This document shows, piece by piece, positions 16,501 through 24,129 of a stretch of DNA of 28,012 bases. This DNA is from a candidate division WOR-3 bacterium (lineage in GTDB: Bacteria; Hydrothermota; Tepidihabitantia; SM23-42; JAOAFX01): contig JBDRWI010000029.1 of assembly GCA_039802265.1 (NCBI GenBank), positions 1-28,012 on the forward strand. Direction: 5' to 3'. The position numbers and the translations under genes are program-made. The notes under the pieces were generated by a model that was not told the DNA's origin, did not search any database, and saw only the letters and a program-made list of their open reading frames with translations. Numbering within the stretch: the stretch's first letter is position 1; the number at the start of each line of letters is the position of its first letter.

Positions 16501-18983
16501 ATACCGAAACCCATGCTTACTACAAACCACCCTATCCGTTACCGGTTGACCCCCTTACCGGTAAAAAGATCAATGAAGGTGGACTGGAATTGAATCTCCA
16601 GAATATAAAAGAAAATCACACCTGCATTGCCCAGCGCCGGACCGACCGTAATGAAGATTATCGTGCCTATGATACATTGGTCTTTTATTTCCGTGCCCTG
16701 CACTCAAATCCTGAGATAGCCATTAGATTTGGTGCTGACTCAATGAACTATTACGAATACCGGACCAATTATGAAGAAGGTAGCATCGGCTATAATGACT
16801 GGCGTGTCTATAAAGTAGCCTTTAAAAACTTTTTGGATTTAAAGAGAGAAACCCAGGGTCATGGTGAGAACTCTCTGGGAAATTATCGCGTCAAGGGGAA
16901 TCCCTCAATATCAACAAACGCCTTTTTTGAAATAAGATTGAAAAATCCATATACTACTCCATTGACTGATACAATCTGGTTTAACGATATCAAACTCAAT
17001 ACCCCGAAATACGAGGTGGGCAAGATTTTTAAGGCAAACAGCCGTCTTGACATCGCTGACCTCTCAAGTCTCGCATTCGGATACGAAGAATCCAATGGTA
17101 AATTCAGAAGGCTTTCTGAACCAAATGCCCTGCCAGACCAGAGTGAATCGCGAACCTATTCGGCAAATGCAAACTTCGCCTTGAATAAACTCTTACCTCA
17201 GACCTGGGGATTTAATATCCCACTGGGCTTGAGTCATTACTACTCAGCCCGTAGACCACGCTTCTCCACATTCATTGCCAACGATATTGAGCTTAATGCA
17301 GAAGAAAGGAAAAAAGAGGAAACAAGAATTACGACCAACGGCTACACCATTCACCTTGCAAAAACAAATTCCAAACAATGGTTGTTAAGACAAACCATTG
17401 ATAGATTGTCCTTTGACCACGACCGTACCATAAATGCCGCTACCGGAGGTCTGAGTGCCGATACTTCAGATATAAAAAATTATCGGGGCAATTATTCACT
17501 CGACCCGAAGGTTTCGGTTAAAATCCTGAAACAGGAAATATCGCTCTTTCCTCAGAATATAAATCTTAGTGCCCATTATGCGGATAATCAGGTAAATTCC
17601 TATTATCGCAATTCTCCGGATTCTTCATTTAGAGTACGCGATGGTTATCCCCAGCGCCGCCGGACACTCGCCCCTTCATTTTCCACTAAATATCAGCCAC
17701 ATTCAATCTTAAGTACCAATTTTTCATTCTCACAGATGCGGGATTCTGTGTCCCAAAGAAGAAAATTTGGTGAAGAGATAGGCAGGAGCCAGAACTTTAA
17801 CCTGAATGCCTCAAAGAGTCTATTTATCATAACTCCAACCTTCACCTTCAATTCTAATTATACCGAAGACCACAGTTTTGAAATGCGCCAGCCCGAGGAC
17901 CGCCGAAGTGTCTCCAATAACTCCCGAATCACTGTCTCAAGTCCTTTTGATCTTAAAAGATTTGTCCGGCTCTTTACCCGGCTGCGTGATGAATCAAAAG
18001 ACTCACTGCTGATTCCGGGTTCCCCATTATGGATTGTCAAACAGATTGAAATCTTTGTCGATTATCTCCAGAATCCAACCATGAGTTTTTCCCGGCAGCG
18101 AGGGTCCGGTTATTATACTACAGTCCGACCGCAAATCAAATACCAGTGGGGATTGATTGACACTATTCCCCATACCGAAATTGCCCCCAATAGTTATTCA
18201 TCCCGCAGTGTCACTGATAACTACAATCTAAACTCCGGAATTAGAATAAAACTGGTTAGCCTCAATGGTGGTTATGGTTACCAGTTAACAAGAAGCTTTG
18301 CCTTGAGTGGAAATGAAAATCGTACGGTTTCCTATACCTATCCCAATTTGGACCTCAGAATCTCACAGATTGAGGCATTGCCAATTTTGAAAAAATATAC
18401 CCGTTCTTCCAGTATCAATTCCAATTTTAATCAGAATTATCAGCGGCAATACACGGTTGTCCCCGATACCATTCCGGAATTGACCGCCGCTTCTCATTCA
18501 TTTACTTTCAACCCAATTTTGGGCTGGCAGGCAAACTGGTTAAAGGGCATTACCACAAATACCACAGTAAACTACAGTCAGACTGATAATGCCCAGTATG
18601 TTAGCAACTATATCAATCCAACACGGTCGGTAAGCAGGGGTGGAACCTTCTCAATCGGATACACCTTCAGTGCACCCAGGGGACTTAGCCTTCCCTTTTT
18701 ACATGGAATCAAATTTACCTCCAATCTCACCACGAGCCTGAACCTGAGTTACACCCGTAATACAAACTATGCTGCCTCACAGCATAATCCAAATGTTCTG
18801 GACCTGGAAAATCCAATCAGTGACGGAGAATCATCAACATTTGGAATCTCGCTCGATTATAATTTCTCCTCCAGTATTACCGGAGGTGCAAATTTTAATT
18901 ACACATCAAACAAAGACCGAATCTCATATATCAATGACTCAAAAAGGGTGGATTTGAGTATATGGTTGAATATAAACTTTTAA
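13554..18983 (+). CDS. sprA: SprA/Sov-like large outer-membrane beta-barrel (T9SS translocon homologue)
   Basis: 1809 aa; YKGKEDEIIQEIEGGD, GLFGIK, YELKNYY, YLNLLGLDENKDGVVD, YIDDLE, DTEDLDRNGVL, NIRYVRIWF, IWFNDI; amphipathic beta-strand C-terminal region ending in INF. Confidence 0.85.
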   Translation: MTLLIIVFLLGQFTAPYETRVFVDYDGNYIVYARFYQGTLVSIDSVIPMPHYLKTSLHRRNKMMLIGELKKELVKHSGYAAKGIFGTFEIPLPKGGFSDFMGETGKLDVGGYVKITLGGGKTFMTNLPGQAGMSLWPELQMEQEMAVNLDGQVGDRMRVFIDHNSTRINETENKVRITYKGKEDEIIQEIEGGDTQLSIPPTTYTGDIPSHQGLFGIKSTSRFGPLEITAIASREQTQTEEMEITGTSSLTTDSIFSKDYEKRRFFWLGTLDSIIELKVFVYDENQGNNSNNITRYGNAILDANDNNIPDDTTKTVSGYFTLRDEGLDRDYTFIPKVNIIEMKQGIQLYYEALGVYYRKIDSQGNEDTVGLLPAGQDTIQLKLICPKNYPDTSSILWAYELKNYYQITVPGGNLDSVQIYYMNPSGINDYKDTQGRTYLNLLGLDENKDGVVDQYLGFGDGGFDRYRGLLIFPEPMPFTNSTLPEPDYAIYYNPYQPSLTGKYYIKKRSVTVARTFDLPANTKRVRVYVNDRELEEEGYFVDYEEGKLELRVPLAPTDRVRIQIEYSPFFSMSQKSLVGMRGSSKILGDGTLGTSFFWRTETFQSTPYQHIKLGEEPFNRMVLEADFALPKSLPSLTTFVDNLPLIETETESKFNLNFEGAYSFSNLNSQKAVYIDDLEATTITKSAQITRLYWTPCSKPLTADITNFVRTPLRWFNLKDKERLTARDIYLNPVDPNEIADVLKIVFTPENVQSFAGLTQYITSEDLSECENIELLIKGKGGKIHIELAEEICEDQLRRNKNGELVGLGSLEDEDFNPHNFSFSENEEDAGLDTVFGDDNAQVPGDDGNDDFNENDYNKINGTEGNRWYDTEDLDRNGVLNTNNVYYSYSVHLDSSRFLIDAELKPGWKMFRIPIKDSLVWDTVFGSPSWSNIRYVRIWFDNFTSAETLLLYKLNITGSRWKNLGIQGELVDSSEIFTITPVNTETHAYYKPPYPLPVDPLTGKKINEGGLELNLQNIKENHTCIAQRRTDRNEDYRAYDTLVFYFRALHSNPEIAIRFGADSMNYYEYRTNYEEGSIGYNDWRVYKVAFKNFLDLKRETQGHGENSLGNYRVKGNPSISTNAFFEIRLKNPYTTPLTDTIWFNDIKLNTPKYEVGKIFKANSRLDIADLSSLAFGYEESNGKFRRLSEPNALPDQSESRTYSANANFALNKLLPQTWGFNIPLGLSHYYSARRPRFSTFIANDIELNAEERKKEETRITTNGYTIHLAKTNSKQWLLRQTIDRLSFDHDRTINAATGGLSADTSDIKNYRGNYSLDPKVSVKILKQEISLFPQNINLSAHYADNQVNSYYRNSPDSSFRVRDGYPQRRRTLAPSFSTKYQPHSILSTNFSFSQMRDSVSQRRKFGEEIGRSQNFNLNASKSLFIITPTFTFNSNYTEDHSFEMRQPEDRRSVSNNSRITVSSPFDLKRFVRLFTRLRDESKDSLLIPGSPLWIVKQIEIFVDYLQNPTMSFSRQRGSGYYTTVRPQIKYQWGLIDTIPHTEIAPNSYSSRSVTDNYNLNSGIRIKLVSLNGGYGYQLTRSFALSGNENRTVSYTYPNLDLRISQIEALPILKKYTRSSSINSNFNQNYQRQYTVVPDTIPELTAASHSFTFNPILGWQANWLKGITTNTTVNYSQTDNAQYVSNYINPTRSVSRGGTFSIGYTFSAPRGLSLPFLHGIKFTSNLTTSLNLSYTRNTNYAASQHNPNVLDLENPISDGESSTFGISLDYNFSSSITGGANFNYTSNKDRISYINDSKRVDLSIWLNINF

Positions 18984-19036
18984 AAATAGGAAAACAGGTA
19001 ATAACAAAGGCTTTTAAGAAATATCAAAACATAATT

Positions 19037-19804
19037 ATGGTGTTTTGTTCTTTTTGTTCTATGTGTTTATCCGCCGACCTTTACGATTATTTTAAAGAAT
19101 TCTGCCAAATCGGCGAAAGGTCACCCAATACCCCGGGGCACAGATTAGCCCGGGATTATATAATCAACCATCTTGATAACCCGGAAATAGATTCCTTCTT
19201 CCAGGAAGGAATCTGGTTCTATAATATTTACAAAAAATTCTCCGGGACCGGCGAACTCATCGGTATCGCTGCCCACTGGGATTCAGATATTAATTGTCCC
19301 GGGGCAAATGATGGTGGTTCTGGTGTAAGTATCCTCTTAAAGCTTGCCGATACCCTCAAAAAGAATCCCCCCCGTCTGCGCGTGCATCTATTGTTCTTCG
19401 ATGGTGAGGACTTAAGACAGGCAGAACTTGTTGGCTCAAACCACTTTGCAGCAAAATGTCTTGAGCGCTATTCATTTATTCTAGTTATTGATATGGTTGG
19501 CGACCGGGACTTGCAGATTTACCAAGAAGGACACTCAGTAAAATTCTTCCCTCAGCTTGTTGATTCAATATGGCGGATTGGAATGAATATGGCACCCAAT
19601 GTCTTCTTTCCTTCGGTAAAGTACTACATTATTGATGACCATATTGCCTTGCTCAAATATGGCATTCCCGCAATAGATATCATTGACTTTGACTATCCAT
19701 ACTGGGATACTAAAGATGATACAATTGATAAATGTAGTAACGAGAGCCTGAAGATAGTATACCAATTTTTGCTTAATATCGTTTATGAAAAGGGAGAATA
19801 TTAA
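19037..19804 (+). CDS. M28 family metallopeptidase / glutaminyl cyclase-like protein
   Basis: AAHWDS, PGANDGGSGV, FFDGED, DMVGD, IIDDH, IDIIDFDYPYWDTKDDT. Start uncertain (ORF is open from 18962). Confidence 0.85.
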   Translation: MVFCSFCSMCLSADLYDYFKEFCQIGERSPNTPGHRLARDYIINHLDNPEIDSFFQEGIWFYNIYKKFSGTGELIGIAAHWDSDINCPGANDGGSGVSILLKLADTLKKNPPRLRVHLLFFDGEDLRQAELVGSNHFAAKCLERYSFILVIDMVGDRDLQIYQEGHSVKFFPQLVDSIWRIGMNMAPNVFFPSVKYYIIDDHIALLKYGIPAIDIIDFDYPYWDTKDDTIDKCSNESLKIVYQFLLNIVYEKGEY

Positions 19805-19805
19805 A

Positions 19806-20126
19806 ATGAAACCGAAAAAAGAATTCATTGTCCTTTTAGTTCTATTAGTAGTTCTTGCTGGAATTAACCTATTGGCTTATATTCAGTATACAAATCAACA
19901 AAAGGGAATAGAATTGATAGTGAAAGAGGGCACAAAGCCAATTTCAATTAACAATGCCGAGGTAGATGATTTAGAAGCACTTCCGGGTATTGGTCCTGCC
20001 CTGGCCCGGCGTATCGTTGAATATCGCGCCCGTCATGGTGCATTTAAGGATTTAGATGAACTGAAAGATGTAAAGGGAATAGGTGAAAAGGTATTCAGGC
20101 AAATCTTGCCCTTTATTGAATTGTAG
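19806..20126 (+). CDS. comEA: ComEA-like helix-hairpin-helix DNA-binding protein with N-terminal membrane anchor
   Basis: ISINNA...LEALPGIGPALARRIVEYR...F...ELKDVKGIGEK; one N-terminal TM segment. Confidence 0.85.
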   Translation: MKPKKEFIVLLVLLVVLAGINLLAYIQYTNQQKGIELIVKEGTKPISINNAEVDDLEALPGIGPALARRIVEYRARHGAFKDLDELKDVKGIGEKVFRQILPFIEL

Positions 20127-21686
20127 GTGCCTATGAGACTCGTCACAAATCAAGAGATGAAAGAAATTGATACCTGGGCTCAGAATTTCCTTGGTATCCC
20201 GGGGATTGTATTGATGGAAAATGCCGGACGCGGATGTGTGGAGGTATTGAAGAGATATTTCAAATTGAATGACTTGAATGTCCTTATCATCTGTGGTCCT
20301 GGTAACAATGGCGGTGATGGAATGGTAATTGCCCGTCATCTAAAAAATCAGGGAAGTAATGTCTCTGTCCTTCTTCTATGTCGGGCCGAGCAATTGAAGG
20401 GCGATGCCCTCTTAAATTATACAATCTTAAAAAAATCAAAAATTAAAGTCCTGGAGGTTAATTCCGTATTAAAGTTGACTGAGGTATTTGCCTCTTTTCC
20501 CGCGGATTGCATTGTTGATGCAATCTTCGGCACCGGATTTAAGGGCAAACCAGCTGGAATTTACAAAAAGGCAATAGAATTGATAAACCACTCAGAAAAA
20601 TTTGTGCTTTCTGTAGACATCCCATCTGGAATAAATGGTGATACCGGCGATTTTGAAGAAATTTGCGTTGTTGCAGATGCCACCGTAACGATGTGCCTGC
20701 CTAAAAGGGGAATCTACCTCTTCCCCGGTCGTGCCTCCTGTGGTAGCGTCTATGTTGTAGACATTGGTGTGCCGCTTGATTTAATAAATCATGGTTATCC
20801 TTGGGTCATTGAATATGAGGATATTTTCAACCTGCTTCCTTATCGTCCCCCGGATGGGAATAAAGGAACATTCGGCCAGGTTCTTATCATAGCCGGGGCA
20901 AGAGGGTTTTCGGGCGCGGCAGCAATGGGAGCAATCGCCGCCCTTAAAGTTGGAGCGGGACTTGTGCGCCTTGCTGCACCAAATAGCATTATCAATCCCC
21001 TGGAGGCAAAGTTACTGGAGGTGGTGAAGATACCCCTGCCTGAAACTGAATCGGGGACAATAAGTCCTGAAGCAATCAAGACAATATTACCATTGATGGA
21101 AAAGTCTGATGTCATAGCTGTTGGACCGGGTATTACCACCAACGAAAAGACCGTTGAATTTGTTTTTAAACTACTGCCAATGATAAAGAAACCGCTGGTA
21201 ATAGATGCCGATGGAATAAATATCATTGCCCGGGATATTTCAATCTTAAAAAAGATTAAGGCACCATTTATCCTTACGCCCCATCCTGGAGAATTGAGTC
21301 GGATTACCGGCTTATCCCCTTCGAATATCAATAAAGACCGTCTTGGAATTGCCGCAAGATTTGTCCGTGAATGGGGCGGAATTCTGATATTGAAGGGTGC
21401 ACCTACAATTATTTCCAGCGCCACGGGTGAGGTCTTTTTGAATCCAACTGGCAATTCCGGGCTTGCCAGTGCGGGGAGTGGCGATGTTCTCTTTGGTATG
21501 CTCGCTGGTTTTTTAGCCCAGAATCTATCGCCGATCAATGCAGCCGTCTGCGCCGTCTTCCTGCACGGTCTTTGTGCCGAACTGGCAATGAATGAAGATA
21601 ATAATGAATATTCACTTACCGCCGGCGATTTGCTCGAGATTATTCCTAAATCAATAAATTTTATCTTGAATCGGAAGTATGAATAG
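20127..21686 (+). CDS. nnr: Bifunctional NAD(P)H-hydrate epimerase/dehydratase (NnrE-NnrD)
   Basis: LMENAG, GPGNNGGDG, DAIFGTG, VDIPSG, NKGTFG, DADG, LTPHPGE, LKGA, AGSGDVL. Confidence 0.95.
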   Translation: MPMRLVTNQEMKEIDTWAQNFLGIPGIVLMENAGRGCVEVLKRYFKLNDLNVLIICGPGNNGGDGMVIARHLKNQGSNVSVLLLCRAEQLKGDALLNYTILKKSKIKVLEVNSVLKLTEVFASFPADCIVDAIFGTGFKGKPAGIYKKAIELINHSEKFVLSVDIPSGINGDTGDFEEICVVADATVTMCLPKRGIYLFPGRASCGSVYVVDIGVPLDLINHGYPWVIEYEDIFNLLPYRPPDGNKGTFGQVLIIAGARGFSGAAAMGAIAALKVGAGLVRLAAPNSIINPLEAKLLEVVKIPLPETESGTISPEAIKTILPLMEKSDVIAVGPGITTNEKTVEFVFKLLPMIKKPLVIDADGINIIARDISILKKIKAPFILTPHPGELSRITGLSPSNINKDRLGIAARFVREWGGILILKGAPTIISSATGEVFLNPTGNSGLASAGSGDVLFGMLAGFLAQNLSPINAAVCAVFLHGLCAELAMNEDNNEYSLTAGDLLEIIPKSINFILNRKYE

Positions 21687-21692
21687 ACAAAG

Positions 21693-23174
21693 GTGATGAA
21701 TAGTCTAAAGAAAAAGTCCTTAGTAATCGCTTATCTGATTTTTACCATTGTCTGGGCAATTGAAACTATTCCCAAGAATCCATTCATTGAGCATTATGAA
21801 GTTGTCCCGCCCCTTGGTTTTATCAAATCAATTGCCACATCACATCAGCAAATATTTGTAGTAAGTGATAATTATCTTTTAATTTTAAATAAAACGGACC
21901 TGAAACTCCAGAAGACCACCTGTTTTTCTGAATATATTGAATTTGTTGCCTATGATCACCTATTTGACGAATTGTGGTTAACCAGTTATAGTTCACTCAT
22001 TAGATATAATCCCAATTTAGGTAGCATTCGGGAGTATCCGATAGGTATTCCGATAAACGGCATCGGTATCGGTGCGAATTCAGTCTATCTTGATGGTCCA
22101 AGAAAATATGCGTTAAATCGGCTGAGTGGCGAATTTAAAGAAATTAACGATTTCCCTAAAGATATTCGGTGGTTTAAAAAGACCCAGCAACGGGATATTG
22201 AAGCCTATAGATTTCTCAGCCCCTACTATTTTCTGGATCCCCTTGATACATCACCGGAGCCCTTCACTCAATACCGGATTACCACAGTATTTGATGATGG
22301 ATTATATCTATATGTGGGGACAGAAAATTATGGACTATTAAGATATAATAAATATTCCTGGAATAAAGAGCGGTTAGTCTATGGTCCCCTTGACACAAAG
22401 ATCAAAATGATGCGCAGGATTAATAATACCTGCTATCTACTTTCCTCAAGTGGTATTTCCTTTTACAACCGGGAAGATAAAACCTGGAGATATGTGAGGC
22501 TAAACCAGGATGCCCGTGATTTTATCTTTTTGGATAATAGATTAATCCTTGCTGTCGGCAGTCAGTTGCTATCCCTTTCCGGAACATTTGTAGCACCAGT
22601 AGGTCAATTACCTGCTCTCGTTTTATCGCTCAATAGTGATGAAAAATATCTTTATATCGGGACAAATTCCGGAATGTTCCGGATGATAAAGGGAACGGAT
22701 GCGTTCTTACAATTCGGTCCTGATAAATTCGCCATATATACCATCTATACCACTCCCCAGAATATCTATGTAGGGGGAGAATTTGCCTTTTATGATTACA
22801 ATAAAACTACCCACCGATGGGAGGAGCGACTCAACCGTGGAATAAAGGATATCATTGAAACTGAAAAATCCCTTTATCTACTTACCACTAATAATCAACT
22901 TGTGTCTTATCAGAAAAACCAGTCTCAAGAGAATGATACGAACTGGCTCCTGCTTCCCTATTTTAATATTTATGACATAGAAACCGATGGGAAGGTAGTT
23001 TACTGTGCCACCTTTGCCGGTTTGAATCTTTACGACCCAGCGACTGAACTCTATCAACCAATCTATGAACTGCCCCGAATAAAATATGACTATATAATCT
23101 TAACCGATGAAGAAATCCTCGCCCTTTCTGAAGAAAGAATCTATCGTCTTCCTTTAAAATATCTCAATTGGTAA
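21693..23174 (+). CDS. Exported beta-propeller repeat protein, function unknown
   Basis: Signal peptide (…TIVWA); repeated blades LYVGTENYGLLRY, LYIGTNSGMFRM, IYVGGEFAFYDY, VYCATFAGLNLYD. Confidence 0.75.
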   Translation: MMNSLKKKSLVIAYLIFTIVWAIETIPKNPFIEHYEVVPPLGFIKSIATSHQQIFVVSDNYLLILNKTDLKLQKTTCFSEYIEFVAYDHLFDELWLTSYSSLIRYNPNLGSIREYPIGIPINGIGIGANSVYLDGPRKYALNRLSGEFKEINDFPKDIRWFKKTQQRDIEAYRFLSPYYFLDPLDTSPEPFTQYRITTVFDDGLYLYVGTENYGLLRYNKYSWNKERLVYGPLDTKIKMMRRINNTCYLLSSSGISFYNREDKTWRYVRLNQDARDFIFLDNRLILAVGSQLLSLSGTFVAPVGQLPALVLSLNSDEKYLYIGTNSGMFRMIKGTDAFLQFGPDKFAIYTIYTTPQNIYVGGEFAFYDYNKTTHRWEERLNRGIKDIIETEKSLYLLTTNNQLVSYQKNQSQENDTNWLLLPYFNIYDIETDGKVVYCATFAGLNLYDPATELYQPIYELPRIKYDYIILTDEEILALSEERIYRLPLKYLNW

Positions 23175-23917
23175 CTAAAAAAAACGAAACTGCACAAAAA
23201 CTATCTTTTATTGACCACCTTGAGGAACTCCGCAAAAGGATTCTTATCTCTCTTGTAGCGATTGTAATTTCTTCTACCCTCAGTTTTTTCTTTGCCTCCC
23301 GAATATTAAATTTTATTATCAAATGGACGGGAATTGAAACCGCCTATTTTTTTTCACCGGCTGAAGCATTCTTCGTTCAGATTAAGATTGCCATATTTGT
23401 CGGCATATTTATTGCCTTTCCAATTATTCTTTATGAAATCTGGGCATTCATCGGTCCGGGGCTGACCGGACATGAAAAGAGGGTCTCGTTACCCTTCCTT
23501 TTTTCCGGGATTATTCTATTTTTGTGTGGACTGGCATTTGCCTCGTTTGTATTAATTCCTTTTGGTCTTAAATTCTTATTTTCCTTTGGTTCAGAAAATT
23601 TAAGACCCCTCATGAATGTCAACAAGGTCCTTGAATTTATTCTTTGGTGTCTTCTATGCTGTGGAATACTCTTTGAACTACCCCTTATCCTCTTCTTTTT
23701 GCTCAAACTGGGAGTGATTCAGATTCAGACCATCACCCGGCACCGCGCCGAGTTAATCGTTGGGATATTAATCGTCAGTGCAATTCTGACCCCTACCGGA
23801 GACTTCTTCACCCTGCTTTTGATATCAATTCCCCTTATCATTCTGATTGAATTGAGCATCCTTGTTGCGAGATTAACTACCAAAAAAGGCGGCAGCCGGA
23901 TTTGCACCGGCGAATAG
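23168..23917 (+). CDS. tatC: Twin-arginine translocase subunit TatC
   Basis: SFIDHLEELRKR, SPAEAF, YEIWAFIGPGLTGHEK, FELP, SAILTPTGD. Confidence 0.95.
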   Translation: MVTKKNETAQKLSFIDHLEELRKRILISLVAIVISSTLSFFFASRILNFIIKWTGIETAYFFSPAEAFFVQIKIAIFVGIFIAFPIILYEIWAFIGPGLTGHEKRVSLPFLFSGIILFLCGLAFASFVLIPFGLKFLFSFGSENLRPLMNVNKVLEFILWCLLCCGILFELPLILFFLLKLGVIQIQTITRHRAELIVGILIVSAILTPTGDFFTLLLISIPLIILIELSILVARLTTKKGGSRICTGE

Positions 23918-23958
23918 CGGTTTTGCAGACCGCCGCCTTGCTACTTGGCTATGCCGCC
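23887..23958 (-). tRNA. tRNA-Cys (GCA), CCA not encoded
   Basis: GGCGGCATAGCCAAGTAGCAAGGCGGCGGTCTGCAAAACCGCTATTCGCCGGTGCAAATCCGGCTGCCGCCT folds with a 7-bp acceptor stem, GCC/GGC D-stem, GCGGT/ACCGC anticodon stem, GCCGG/CCGGC T-stem and a U73 discriminator. Confidence 0.93.
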
Positions 23959-23967
23959 TTAATAAAC

Positions 23968-23995
23968 ATTATATATAAAAAAATACAAGTGTCAA
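23968..23995 (-). promoter_or_regulatory. sigma70-like promoter of tRNA-Cys (TTGACA-16-TATAAT)
   Basis: Perfect hexamers at 23995-23990 and 23973-23968. Confidence 0.85.
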
Positions 23996-24129
23996 CAGAG
24001 GATAAGAGATTTTCAATATGCTCCATTAAGCTGAAAATTGAATAATCCCCAAAAACCGAAATAATAGATATAAAAACCAACTCCAATACAAAAAATCCAT
24101 TGTTCGGAAATTTGCCTTTACTGCTTAAT

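Noticed and set aside
8851..21538. Long antisense ORFs (8851-9438, 12490-12897, 20840-21538 and others)
   Set aside because: Shadow frames of well-conserved genes on the opposite strand.
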